A stretch of 64,000 bases of DNA from an uncultured Alphaproteobacteria bacterium (GTDB lineage: Bacteria; Pseudomonadota; Alphaproteobacteria; HIMB59; GCA-002718135), in the NCBI GenBank assembly GCA_902623585.1, contig CACNUO010000004.1, positions 2,479-66,478 of the forward strand. The letters run 5' to 3'. Below, in pieces: positions 1 through 9,305 of the stretch; positions within the stretch are counted from its first letter, which is position 1, and each line of letters opens with the position of its first letter. Both the position numbers and the translations under genes were made by a program. The notes below the pieces were generated by a model. The model did no database searches. It saw only the letters and a list, made by a program, of their open reading frames with translations, and was not told the origin of the DNA.

Positions 1-1
1 T

Positions 2-1060
2 GAAGACATTCTATCACAAACAATAAATCAATTACTAAATGAAATACAAATAAATAAAAATGACATAGAGGATATCATTACTGGTTGTGCGTATCCTGAA
101 GGAGCACAAGGAAATAATATTGCTAAAATTGTTTCATTCATGACAGATATGCCTGAGCATGTAGCAGGTATGACGGTTAACAGATGGTGTGGTTCTTCAA
201 TGCAAGCTATTCATGATGCAACTGGCGCAATTGCAATTAACTCTGGAGATGTTTTTTTATGTTGCGGTGTAGAAAGTATGACATTTATACCTATGAATGG
301 ATTAACATACGATCCTCATCCTCAATTAAATAAAGATAATCCAAATGTATATATGTCTATGGGTATTACAGCTGAAAATGTTGCAAAGAAATTTAATATT
401 TCTCGAGAAGAACAACAAGATTTTGCTATTAGCAGCCATTCTAAAGCTAATTTAGCTAGAGAATCAAATTTGTTCAACAATGAAATAGTTTCTATTACAA
501 ATAATGATGAGAAAATTAATAAAGATGGTGGAATTCGACCTAACACCTCGCATGAAATTTTAGATGGATTAAAACTTGCTTTTGATGAAAATGGAACAGT
601 AACAGCTGGTACAGCGTCACCATTAACAGATGGTGCATCAGCAGTAATTGTCTGTGAGGAAGAATATGCAAAAAAAAATAATTTAAATATTTTAGCTCGT
701 ATCAAATCTACAGCTGTAGTCGGTTGTCCACCAGAATTAATGGGCCTTGGCCCAATAAATGCATCTAAAAAAGCTCTTAAAAGAGCCAATCTATCTATTT
801 CCGATATTGATATTGTGGAACTAAATGAGGCATTTGCTTCTCAATCTTTAGCATGTATTAAAGAATTAAATATGGACATAAATAAAGTAAATATACATGG
901 TGGAGCTATAGCATTAGGCCATCCTTTAGGTGCTACTGGAGCAAGGATTACAGGTAAAGTTGCAACTTTATTGCACAATAATAATAAAAAGTATGGATTA
1001 GCGACGCAATGTATAGGTTTAGGTCAAGGTATTGCAACTGTGTTAGAAAATATTAATTAA
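2..1060 (+). CDS. Acetyl-CoA C-acyltransferase (thiolase), 5'-truncated by the window edge
   Basis: Frame is open from position 2 (EDILSQ...ITGCAYPEGAQG), upstream of the track's start at 140. Thiolase motifs NRWCGSSMQA, NEAF, GGAIALGHPLGATGAR, CIGLGQG. Confidence 0.93.
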   Translation, partial: EDILSQTINQLLNEIQINKNDIEDIITGCAYPEGAQGNNIAKIVSFMTDMPEHVAGMTVNRWCGSSMQAIHDATGAIAINSGDVFLCCGVESMTFIPMNGLTYDPHPQLNKDNPNVYMSMGITAENVAKKFNISREEQQDFAISSHSKANLARESNLFNNEIVSITNNDEKINKDGGIRPNTSHEILDGLKLAFDENGTVTAGTASPLTDGASAVIVCEEEYAKKNNLNILARIKSTAVVGCPPELMGLGPINASKKALKRANLSISDIDIVELNEAFASQSLACIKELNMDINKVNIHGGAIALGHPLGATGARITGKVATLLHNNNKKYGLATQCIGLGQGIATVLENIN

Positions 1061-1065
1061 ATATC

Positions 1066-2841
1066 ATGCAAATTTATAAAACACCGCTACGTGAGTTTAA
1101 ATTTCTAATCGAGGATTTTTTAAATCTTAAGGAAAGTAAAACTTTAAAAAAATTAGATTTAGAAACAAGCGATCTAATGCTTATTATTGAAGAAGCAGCA
1201 AAACTATGTGAAGAAACCTTACTCCCACTTAATCAAAGTGGAGATAGTGAAGGATGTTCATTTAATAACGGAGTTGTAACTGCACCAACAGGATTTAAAG
1301 AAGCCTATAAAACTTTTTCTGAAAATGGCTGGCAGGGACTAAAAGTAAAAGAAGAATTTGGTGGTCAAAACCTACCTTATATTATGAATATGATTTTAGA
1401 TGAAATGATAAGCTCTACTAACATGTCATTTGGTCTTTATCCGGGCCTTACAGCAAATGCAATCGATGCCATTGAAAAGAGTGCTAATGAAGATTTGAAA
1501 AATACTTATTTGCCGTATTTAACTAGTGGTAAGTGGACAGGAACAATGAATTTAACTGAACCTCAATGTGGAACAGATCTTGGATTAAGTAAAACAATGG
1601 CAACACCATTAGATGATGGAAGTTATAGTATTACTGGTACTAAAATTTTTATTACATGTGGAGAGCACGATCTAAGTGAAAATATTATTCATTTAGTACT
1701 AGCAAGAACACCAAATGCGCCCCCTGGTATAAAGGGTATAAGTTTATTCTTGGTTCCTAAATTTTTACCAAATGAAAGTGGTGATTTTGTTGAAAGAAAT
1801 AAAGTTGAATGTGGATCAATAGAGAAGAAGATGGGCATTCATGCTAGTCCAACTTGCGTAATGCATTACAACGAAGCTAAGGGCTGGCTAGTAGGCGATA
1901 TTAATAAAGGAATGAGAGCGATGTTTATAATGATGAATGGTGCTCGTTTGTTTGTAGGTATACAAGGCTTAGGTTTATCAGAAACTGCTTATCAATCAGC
2001 ACTTTATTATTCGAAAGAGCGTTTACAAGGAAAATTATCTTCCAGCAATCAAGTTGCTGATCCCATAATTGTTCATCCTGAAATAAGAAAAAACTTATTG
2101 TATATTAAATCGATTAATGAAGCTGTGAGAGGTTTAACTTTATTAGCTGGAAATCACTTTGATAATATTGAAAATTCTTCAGATGACAAAGATAAGAAAT
2201 TATCAGAAAATTTTATAGCACTCATGACACCAATTATTAAATCATATGCTTCAGATAAATCTGTAGAAAATACAAATCGAGCTATGCAAATCTATGGAGG
2301 TCATGGTTTTATTACTGATCATGGAATGGAACAATTAGTAAGAGATGCTAGAATTACAACAATCTATGAAGGAACAAACGGTATACAAGCTCTAGATTTA
2401 ATAGGAAGAAAATTACAAACTGATAATGGTGAATTATTTAATGAATTTTTTACTATGATTGATAATTATCAAGTTAAAATTTCTAATAATCAAAATATGA
2501 AAAAATATATTGATTTATTCATGCCTTCATATGATTCTTACAAAGGTATTTTTGAATATATTAAATCGTTAAATGATGAAAATGAGATTAATTCTCATGC
2601 TGTAGAATTTTTAAATTTATCGTCTCTGATTTCTTTAGGTTATATTTGGTTACGGTATATAGAAATTTCATTAGCAAAATTAGAAAATCAAGATGAAAGT
2701 TTTTATAAATCTAAAATTGAAACTGGTAACTTCTTTCTAACTAAATTATTAGGTGAAACACAAGTTCTTTGTCAAAACATAAGATCTGGTGGAAAATACT
2801 ATAACGATTATAATGATAAGTATTTTGAAACAGCAATCTAA
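1066..2841 (+). CDS. Acyl-CoA dehydrogenase (FadE/DmdC-like ~590-aa class)
   Basis: GTMNLTEPQCGTDLG, GTKIFITCGEHD, QIYGGHGF, IYEGTNGIQALDL; directly follows the thiolase. Confidence 0.92.
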   Translation: MQIYKTPLREFKFLIEDFLNLKESKTLKKLDLETSDLMLIIEEAAKLCEETLLPLNQSGDSEGCSFNNGVVTAPTGFKEAYKTFSENGWQGLKVKEEFGGQNLPYIMNMILDEMISSTNMSFGLYPGLTANAIDAIEKSANEDLKNTYLPYLTSGKWTGTMNLTEPQCGTDLGLSKTMATPLDDGSYSITGTKIFITCGEHDLSENIIHLVLARTPNAPPGIKGISLFLVPKFLPNESGDFVERNKVECGSIEKKMGIHASPTCVMHYNEAKGWLVGDINKGMRAMFIMMNGARLFVGIQGLGLSETAYQSALYYSKERLQGKLSSSNQVADPIIVHPEIRKNLLYIKSINEAVRGLTLLAGNHFDNIENSSDDKDKKLSENFIALMTPIIKSYASDKSVENTNRAMQIYGGHGFITDHGMEQLVRDARITTIYEGTNGIQALDLIGRKLQTDNGELFNEFFTMIDNYQVKISNNQNMKKYIDLFMPSYDSYKGIFEYIKSLNDENEINSHAVEFLNLSSLISLGYIWLRYIEISLAKLENQDESFYKSKIETGNFFLTKLLGETQVLCQNIRSGGKYYNDYNDKYFETAI

Positions 2842-3146
2842 TGACTATAAAAATTTATAAACCGTCAAAAACTTCTATGCAGTCAGGTTTCAAAAAAACT
2901 AAATTGTGGCTAGCTGAATATATTTCCGAAGTAGAAAAAGTAAAAGACTCTTTAATGGGATGGAATAGCTCCTTGGATACCAAATCTCAGATTAAACTTT
3001 TTTTTGATACTAAAGAACAAGCTATTGAATGGGCAAAAAAAAATAATTACCAATATTTTGTCGAAGAACCAAAGCAAAGAAAAATTAAACCAAAAAGTTA
3101 TGCATCAAATTTCGACACAAATAGAAAAGAGCCCTGGACACATTAA
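2841..3146 (+). CDS. ETC complex I subunit (NDUFS4-like) conserved alphaproteobacterial protein
   Basis: IYKPSKTSMQSG, LMGWNSSLD, F.TKEQAI and KSYASNF match the family pattern. Confidence 0.85.
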   Translation: MTIKIYKPSKTSMQSGFKKTKLWLAEYISEVEKVKDSLMGWNSSLDTKSQIKLFFDTKEQAIEWAKKNNYQYFVEEPKQRKIKPKSYASNFDTNRKEPWTH

Positions 3147-3193
3147 GTATAATTTCTTTCTTTATTTTTTAGACTATGATAAATAAAAACTAT

Positions 3194-3269
3194 GCGCCCG
3201 TAGCTCAGTGGATAGAGCAACCGCCTTCTAAGCGGTAGGTCAAATGTTCGAATCATTTCGGGCGCGCCA
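3194..3269 (+). tRNA. tRNA-Arg(TCT)
   Basis: Acceptor stem GCGCCCG/CGGGCGC, D-arm TAGCTCAGTGGATAGAGC, anticodon arm ACCGC-CTTCTAA-GCGGT, TTCGAAT, encoded CCA. Confidence 0.97.
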
Positions 3270-3285
3270 ATAAATAAGGGGCTCT

Positions 3286-3627
3286 ATGATACATAATGTT
3301 AAATGTCATTGCGGTGCGGTAGAATTAGAAGTTAATAATGATCTTGATATTATTAAACAATGTAATTGTTCAATTTGTAAAAGAAAAAATGCTAAAATGG
3401 CAATGGTATCTAAAGAATCTTTATCAATTATTAAGGGTGAAGAATATTTAACTTCATACAAATTTAATACAATGATTGCTGAACATTTCTTTTGTAAAAT
3501 TTGTGGCATTTATACTCATCATAATAGAAGAAGTGATCCAAATGGTGCTGCATTAAATATTGGTTGTATTGATGCAATTGATCCTTTTGAATATAAAGCT
3601 GATTTTATTGATATGAAGAATAAATAA
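3286..3627 (+). CDS. GFA / CENP-V family zinc-binding protein
   Basis: CHCG...CNCSIC...FCKICG cysteine pattern. Confidence 0.88.
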   Translation: MIHNVKCHCGAVELEVNNDLDIIKQCNCSICKRKNAKMAMVSKESLSIIKGEEYLTSYKFNTMIAEHFFCKICGIYTHHNRRSDPNGAALNIGCIDAIDPFEYKADFIDMKNK

Positions 3628-3630
3628 TTT

Positions 3631-4617
3631 ATGTCATTTGAATTTTTAATCTCTAAAATTCAAAAAAATAATTTTTTACTTATAGGTAGAGCAGGAGTAG
3701 ATATATACCCTGACCCACCAGGAACAAAAACTGAAAATGCCAAATCATTTGTTACTCATCTTGGAGGATCTTCTGCAAATATGGGTGTTCAATTAACTCT
3801 TTTTGGAGGTAATTGTAATCTACTCACCAGAGTCTCTGACGATGCTCTAGGCAGATTTGCAATTAATCAACTAAATCATTATGGTGTTAAGAATAAATTA
3901 GTAAAATTTGAAAAAAATGAAACAAGAATTTCATTTGCTATAGTAGAAACCACAATTAAAGATCATCAATCAATTATTTACAGACATAAAGCTTCTGATT
4001 TATTTTTAAATAATGATGATATTGAAAACGCTGATATACAAAACTTTGATTGTCTATTAATTACTGGGACTTCTCTAGCAGCTGAACCTTCAAGGAGTGC
4101 TACTTTATATGCTTTAGATATAGCAAATAAAAATAATATCCCTGTAATTATGGATATTGATTATAGACCATATACTTGGGAATCATCAAATAAAGCAAAA
4201 GAAGTTTATAATTTAGCATCAAGTAAATGTAGTGGTGTAATTGGCAATGATGATGAGTTTGGAGTATTAGCTGGTGATTACAATAATGGTTTGGATCATG
4301 CTAAACAATTAGCAAAAAATATAAGCTTAATTATTTATAAAAAAGGTGAAAAAGGTTCTATTACTTTTGCAATGAATAAAGAGATAAAAAAAGGAATATT
4401 TCCTGTAAAGCCTTTGAAACCAACTGGAGCTGGGGATGCATTTATGGGATCATTAATAGGATCAATGTTAAAGGCTAATGATTTAGAAAAATCTATAGAG
4501 ATAGGTTCAGCTGCAGCAGCTATTGTAGTAACAAAAGTTGGTTGTGCGCCAGCAATGCCAAATTTAAATGAAATTTTAGAATTTATGAAATATAATAAAA
4601 TTAATGAAGGAGAATAA
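3631..4617 (+). CDS. iolC: 5-dehydro-2-deoxygluconokinase (PfkB family)
   Basis: IGRAGVDIY, GGSSAN, DIDYRP, GAGDAF; adjacent to iolB. Confidence 0.85.
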   Translation: MSFEFLISKIQKNNFLLIGRAGVDIYPDPPGTKTENAKSFVTHLGGSSANMGVQLTLFGGNCNLLTRVSDDALGRFAINQLNHYGVKNKLVKFEKNETRISFAIVETTIKDHQSIIYRHKASDLFLNNDDIENADIQNFDCLLITGTSLAAEPSRSATLYALDIANKNNIPVIMDIDYRPYTWESSNKAKEVYNLASSKCSGVIGNDDEFGVLAGDYNNGLDHAKQLAKNISLIIYKKGEKGSITFAMNKEIKKGIFPVKPLKPTGAGDAFMGSLIGSMLKANDLEKSIEIGSAAAAIVVTKVGCAPAMPNLNEILEFMKYNKINEGE

Positions 4618-4618
4618 T

Positions 4619-5461
4619 ATGCATATTCCACCATTTGATAATAAAAACAAGCCAATTGTAGATATTGAAGACAGTAGAGTTCCTTTGAATTATTTTAACA
4701 TAGTAAAATTAAATAAAGATCAATCTTTTGAATATCAAACACCTGGTTATGAAACATGCATAGTGCCTGCTACTGGAACAATTAATGTAGAAATTGAAGG
4801 AATAAAAGTTAAGTCATTAGGCAATAGAACAGTTGATGTGTGGGATGGAGAGCCAGAAGGTGTTTATGTTCCCTCTAATACAAAAGCTCAATTTACATCT
4901 TTAGTAGATAACTCAGAAATTTTTATTGCTGGCGCAAAGTATGATAAAACTCTTGAACCATTTGCTGTTCGAACAAATGAAATTGATTTAGTGCAGTACG
5001 GTTCAGATGATACAAAAACTCATAGAAAAATTAAACATATCTTAGGTGCTAAGCATCATGATAAAGTTGGAAGATTGCTTTGTAATGAACTTTATACTGT
5101 AGGGCAGGGAGGTTGGTCAGGTTTTCCGCCTCATAAGCATGATACAGATCGCCTACCAGATGAAACTAGACATGATGAAACATATAATTACAGATTTAAA
5201 CCTAATAATGGATTTGGTTTTCAGATGTTTCAGCAAGTTGATGATAAAGTTGGTAAAGCTGAACATATAATTGATGGGTCAACCATTATGATTAGAACTG
5301 GCTATCATCCTTGTGTCGTAGCACCTGGGTATGAGATGTATTATTTTACAATTCTTGGAGGACTGTCTCAAAGATCTCTTGTTCAATTTTTTCAACCTGA
5401 GCACGCACATCAAGTAGAAACAATTCCAGGAATTAAGGATATGATCGCAAAATATAAATAA
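4619..5461 (+). CDS. iolB: 5-deoxy-glucuronate isomerase
   Basis: WSGFPPHKHD, ETYNYRF, GYHPCVVAPGYEMYYF. Start moved to ATG 4619, behind a GGAGA RBS. Confidence 0.9.
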   Translation: MHIPPFDNKNKPIVDIEDSRVPLNYFNIVKLNKDQSFEYQTPGYETCIVPATGTINVEIEGIKVKSLGNRTVDVWDGEPEGVYVPSNTKAQFTSLVDNSEIFIAGAKYDKTLEPFAVRTNEIDLVQYGSDDTKTHRKIKHILGAKHHDKVGRLLCNELYTVGQGGWSGFPPHKHDTDRLPDETRHDETYNYRFKPNNGFGFQMFQQVDDKVGKAEHIIDGSTIMIRTGYHPCVVAPGYEMYYFTILGGLSQRSLVQFFQPEHAHQVETIPGIKDMIAKYK

Positions 5462-6292
5462 ATGACAGCTGTAAATTTAAAAAAAATTTTAAATGATGCA
5501 AATAAAAATAATTATGCCGTAGCAGGTTTAGTTGTACTAGGCTGGGATGACGCCTTAGCTTTTACGCAAGCCGCTGATGAAACTGGAATTCCAATTATAT
5601 TACAAGCTGGTCCTTCATGCAGAGCGCACACTCCAATTCCAATATTAGGAAAAATGTTTAGATACTTAGCGAGTCAAACAAAAACGAACATTTGTTGTCA
5701 TGTTGATCATGGTTATACTCTAGATGAATGTTATGAGGGGATTGATAGTGGCTTTACATCTGTAATGTTTGATGGTTCTAAATTAACTTTAAAAGAAAAT
5801 ATAAAAATTAGTAAAAAAATTGCTTCAAGAGCTCACAAATATAATATTTCTATTGAGGGAGAAATAGGTTTTGTAGGTTATGATAATGGTAAAATTTCAG
5901 AAGGTACTAAAATTGAAGATGCAGTAACTTTTGCAAACAAAAGTAATATTGATGCAATGGCAATATCCGTTGGTAATACACATTTACAGACTTCAAAAAA
6001 AGCGAGTATTGATTTCAACAAAATTAATTTAATTGAAGCAAAAACAAAAATCCCTTTAGTTCTTCATGGTAGTAGTGGCATTCCAGTAGATCAAAGAAAA
6101 AAACTAGCAAGAAAAACAAAAGTAGCAAAACTAAATATTGGCACTGAAATTAGAATGACATTTGGGGAAGCTTTAAGAAAAAATCTCAAAAATAATCCTA
6201 AAACTTATGATAGATTGCAATTACTAAAACCTACGATTAAAGATTTAACAAAAGTTACAAAAAAAATTATAAAACAAATTGGCCCAAATTAA
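5462..6292 (+). CDS. Class II fructose-bisphosphate aldolase family (probable IolJ-type aldolase)
   Basis: HVDHG, GFTSVMFDGS, EGEIG, GNTH, LVLHGSSG, KLNIGTE; lies in the iolCB operon. Confidence 0.85.
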   Translation: MTAVNLKKILNDANKNNYAVAGLVVLGWDDALAFTQAADETGIPIILQAGPSCRAHTPIPILGKMFRYLASQTKTNICCHVDHGYTLDECYEGIDSGFTSVMFDGSKLTLKENIKISKKIASRAHKYNISIEGEIGFVGYDNGKISEGTKIEDAVTFANKSNIDAMAISVGNTHLQTSKKASIDFNKINLIEAKTKIPLVLHGSSGIPVDQRKKLARKTKVAKLNIGTEIRMTFGEALRKNLKNNPKTYDRLQLLKPTIKDLTKVTKKIIKQIGPN

Positions 6293-6822
6293 TGGGACAA
6301 ATTTTTATCGCAGCACTTAAAGAAGAAACTCCAAATCTTAAAGATTTCCACTATTCAGGTGTGGGAAAGATTAATGCTACAATCAAAATTATGGAATTAA
6401 TTTCAAAATTTCAACCTAATGAAATAATCAATTATGGAACAGCTGGTTCAACAAAGCAAAACTTATCAGGATTAGTAGAATGCACGAAGTTTGTTCAAAG
6501 AGATATGGATGCAAGAGGTCTAATGAACTTTAAATTAGGGGAAACTCCTTTTGATCCAATATCAAAAATTACATATTCTAATGAGGGGTATATATGTGCA
6601 TCAGGAGATAGTTTTGTTCAATCATCAGTAGAAATAGATTGTGATATTGTTGATATGGAAGCTTACTCTTTTGCTAAAGTATGCAAATTACATAATATTA
6701 GATTTAAATGTTTTAAATATATTTCTGATTATGCAAATGAAAATTCAAATAATGATTGGATTGATAATTGTTCAAAAGGAGCTAAATTATTTTCTGAAAT
6801 ATATCCTCAATTAAAAATATGA
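6292..6822 (+). CDS. Short MTA/SAH nucleosidase-like protein (PNP/UDP phosphorylase family)
   Basis: SGVGKINA, INYGTAG, SGDSFV, VDMEAY, KYISD. Confidence 0.8.
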   Translation: MGQIFIAALKEETPNLKDFHYSGVGKINATIKIMELISKFQPNEIINYGTAGSTKQNLSGLVECTKFVQRDMDARGLMNFKLGETPFDPISKITYSNEGYICASGDSFVQSSVEIDCDIVDMEAYSFAKVCKLHNIRFKCFKYISDYANENSNNDWIDNCSKGAKLFSEIYPQLKI

Positions 6823-7235
6823 TTTTAAAAATACTTGAAAAATTAGGAAGAAAAAAAATTGTATTGGACAGAGGTCCTTCGCATCCAGAATTTCATAAGG
6901 CCAAACCATGGATGGAAAGATATTATTTGTTATTTAGAAAAAGACCCAAATGGTTTCCATTTAATATCTTAATTCATAAAATGCTAGATGATGATCATGG
7001 TGAAGGAGTTCATAATCATCTTTGTCCTTATATAACAATTATTTTAAAAGGTGGTTATTGGGAAACTACTAATAAAGGTAAATTTTGGAGACCACCAGGT
7101 TACATTGGTTTTAGATCAGCTGATCATTTACATAGAGTTGATTTAAAACCAAATACAAATACCATGACATTATTTATTCCTGGTCCCTTTGGGCTTAGAA
7201 AAACTAAAAGAGCTGATTATAAAACAAAAATTTAG
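6819..7235 (+). CDS. Cupin-like hypothetical protein
   Basis: His-rich cupin pattern VHNH...ILKGGYWE...HLHRVDL...TLFIPGP. Confidence 0.6.
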   Translation: MILKILEKLGRKKIVLDRGPSHPEFHKAKPWMERYYLLFRKRPKWFPFNILIHKMLDDDHGEGVHNHLCPYITIILKGGYWETTNKGKFWRPPGYIGFRSADHLHRVDLKPNTNTMTLFIPGPFGLRKTKRADYKTKI

Positions 7236-7248
7236 CTATCTATATAAT

Positions 7249-7983
7249 TTAAATTACTCCATCGTATATTAATTTACATCCACTCAAGAAAAGCAAAACA
7301 TAAACAATATTAAAAAATAATTTTTCTGGAATTCTTTTTTGCACAAAGTAACCAATTAAAACACTAATAAAAGCTAGTGGAAGTAAATAGAGAGAAATTA
7401 TCAGATTTGAGGGTGCTAATAATCCCACAAAATAATATGGAACTAATTTGACAAGATTTATAACCATAAATGCCAATGTCATTGTTCCAATAAATGAAAT
7501 TTTGTCTAACTTTAGAGGAAGCATATAAAAGTTAATAGGTGGATTTCCTGCATGTATTAAAAAACTAGTATATCCAGCGATAGACGACCAAAAGTAACCT
7601 TTAACTTTAGTTGGTTTAAGCAAATAATTATTTTTCTGAATAAATGAAACTAGAACAAAAATAATTGATATAACACCAACCATTATTCTTATTTGATCTT
7701 CATTCGTAAACTCAAAGGTTAAAGTTCCAAATAAAATACCAATTATAGATGCAGGGATTATAATTTTTAAAATACTATTTATCCACTTTTTCCAATACAA
7801 ATAGATTGCTGAAAAATCCATTATTATTAAAAGTGGCAACAAAATACCAGCAGCTTGTAAAGGACTCATTGCAAATGACATAACAGGAACAGCTAACATT
7901 GCTATTGGTCCAGGTACACCACCTTTAGATAAACCAAATACAAATACTCCTAATGATGCAAAAATATAAAAATATAAATCCAT
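7249..7983 (-). CDS. Sulfite exporter TauE/SafE family membrane protein
   Basis: GLSKGG, AAGILLPLLIIMD, TSFLIHAGNPP; hydrophobic, 244 aa. Confidence 0.82.
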   Translation of the reverse strand: MDLYFYIFASLGVFVFGLSKGGVPGPIAMLAVPVMSFAMSPLQAAGILLPLLIIMDFSAIYLYWKKWINSILKIIIPASIIGILFGTLTFEFTNEDQIRIMVGVISIIFVLVSFIQKNNYLLKPTKVKGYFWSSIAGYTSFLIHAGNPPINFYMLPLKLDKISFIGTMTLAFMVINLVKLVPYYFVGLLAPSNLIISLYLLPLAFISVLIGYFVQKRIPEKLFFNIVYVLLFLSGCKLIYDGVI

Positions 7984-9144
7984 TTAATTTAAAATTTTTA
8001 ATGCATTTTTAATATCTTTTATTTGATCATCAATGTCTTCCAATCCACAATATAATCTAATTAAAGTTCCAGTATTTCTATTTTTAAACTCTCTTTTATC
8101 TAATGGAGGAAAGGTAATGAGACTATCAAATCCACCCCAGCTATATCCCAATTTGAATATTTTAAGTTTGTTAAAAAATTTTTCAATTTGATTGTTTGAA
8201 TATTTCTTTTTTAGCATAAATGAAAATAAGCCTGTGCTACCAGAGAAATCTCTTTTCCATATTTTATGATTTTTTGTGTGCGGCAATGCTGGATGAAATA
8301 CATCAGATACAAGATCATGATCGAGTAAATATTTTGCCATTAACAAAGCATTTTTTTCAATTTCTCTCATTCGAATTTCAAGTGTTGGCAATCCTCTAAT
8401 TGCTAAATAAACTTCTTCTGAACCAGGACATATGCCTAAAGTTTTTGAAGCTGTTCTTATTTTTTTGGAATATTTTTTATTAGACGAAACAAAACCAATT
8501 AATACATCTGAGTGGCCGTTTATATATTTAGTTCCAGCATCAATAATAATATCAATACCTAATTGAATTGGATTACAAAATAATGGTGAAGCCCAAGTAT
8601 TATCCATAACAGTTGGTATTTTGTTTTTTTTAGCAATTTTTGTAATGAAAGGTATATCAATAATATCAAAAGTTGCTGTACCTGGAGATTCTAAATAAAT
8701 TAGCTTAGTATTATTGTTAATTAATTTCTGAAAACTATTAATATTTTTTGTGGGATGAAAATATTTTATTTTAACATTATACTGTTTAAGAATGTCTTCA
8801 CAAAAAGTTCTAGTTGGACTATAAACACTATCATTTATTAAAACTTCATCACCAGATTTTAAAAAAGTAAAAAAAGGAATAACTATCGAGGCTAATCCTG
8901 ATGGTGATAATACTGTATCATTGCAGTTATATAAAAAAGAAATACTTTCTTCTAACTGCTTATGAAATGGATTTTTATTTATTCCATAATATGTTGCTCT
9001 ATCATCAAAATTTTTAATATCGTTTAAGTAATCTTTATATGTATTAAAGATCATTGTAGAACCTTTATAGGTACCAGGGTTGATAAAACCTTTTTGTTTA
9101 AGAGGATTTCTGCCTATTTTGGTTAATTTTGTTTTTATTTTCAT
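7984..9144 (-). CDS. metC: Cystathionine beta-lyase
   Basis: YLESPG, MDNTWA, AGTKYINGHSD, LGYSWGGFDSL, RLYCGLED; divergent from aapJ as in many alphaproteobacteria. Confidence 0.88.
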   Translation of the reverse strand: MKIKTKLTKIGRNPLKQKGFINPGTYKGSTMIFNTYKDYLNDIKNFDDRATYYGINKNPFHKQLEESISFLYNCNDTVLSPSGLASIVIPFFTFLKSGDEVLINDSVYSPTRTFCEDILKQYNVKIKYFHPTKNINSFQKLINNNTKLIYLESPGTATFDIIDIPFITKIAKKNKIPTVMDNTWASPLFCNPIQLGIDIIIDAGTKYINGHSDVLIGFVSSNKKYSKKIRTASKTLGICPGSEEVYLAIRGLPTLEIRMREIEKNALLMAKYLLDHDLVSDVFHPALPHTKNHKIWKRDFSGSTGLFSFMLKKKYSNNQIEKFFNKLKIFKLGYSWGGFDSLITFPPLDKREFKNRNTGTLIRLYCGLEDIDDQIKDIKNALKILN

Positions 9145-9305
9145 AAACAACTAAATATTGTATAAGCCAAAATCTTTATACACAAATTATAGTAGGCGAT
9201 TTTAAGCTTAACAAATCTATTATTGGGATTAACTTATTAATTTGTTATAGGGAAGCAATCTTTGAAAAAAGATATTTAAATAATTATTTAAACGGAGAAA
9301 ATAAT

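Noticed and set aside
322-789. 155-aa antisense ORF inside the thiolase, and similar shadow ORFs (4335-4655, 20117-20431, 22323-22649, 29055-29369, 62156-62745 and others)
   Set aside because: They lie opposite or out of frame within well-supported genes and show no recognisable motifs; they are codon-bias shadows.
3194-7235. tRNA-Arg as the integration site of a genomic island
   Set aside because: No integrase, no duplicated tRNA 3' end (att repeat) that I could find, and no obvious compositional shift.
9240-9280. Glutamine (glnA-motif) riboswitch upstream of aapJ
   Set aside because: GGAAGCAA plus a hairpin is reminiscent, but the CGUU/AACG P1 and the downstream GAAG element are absent.
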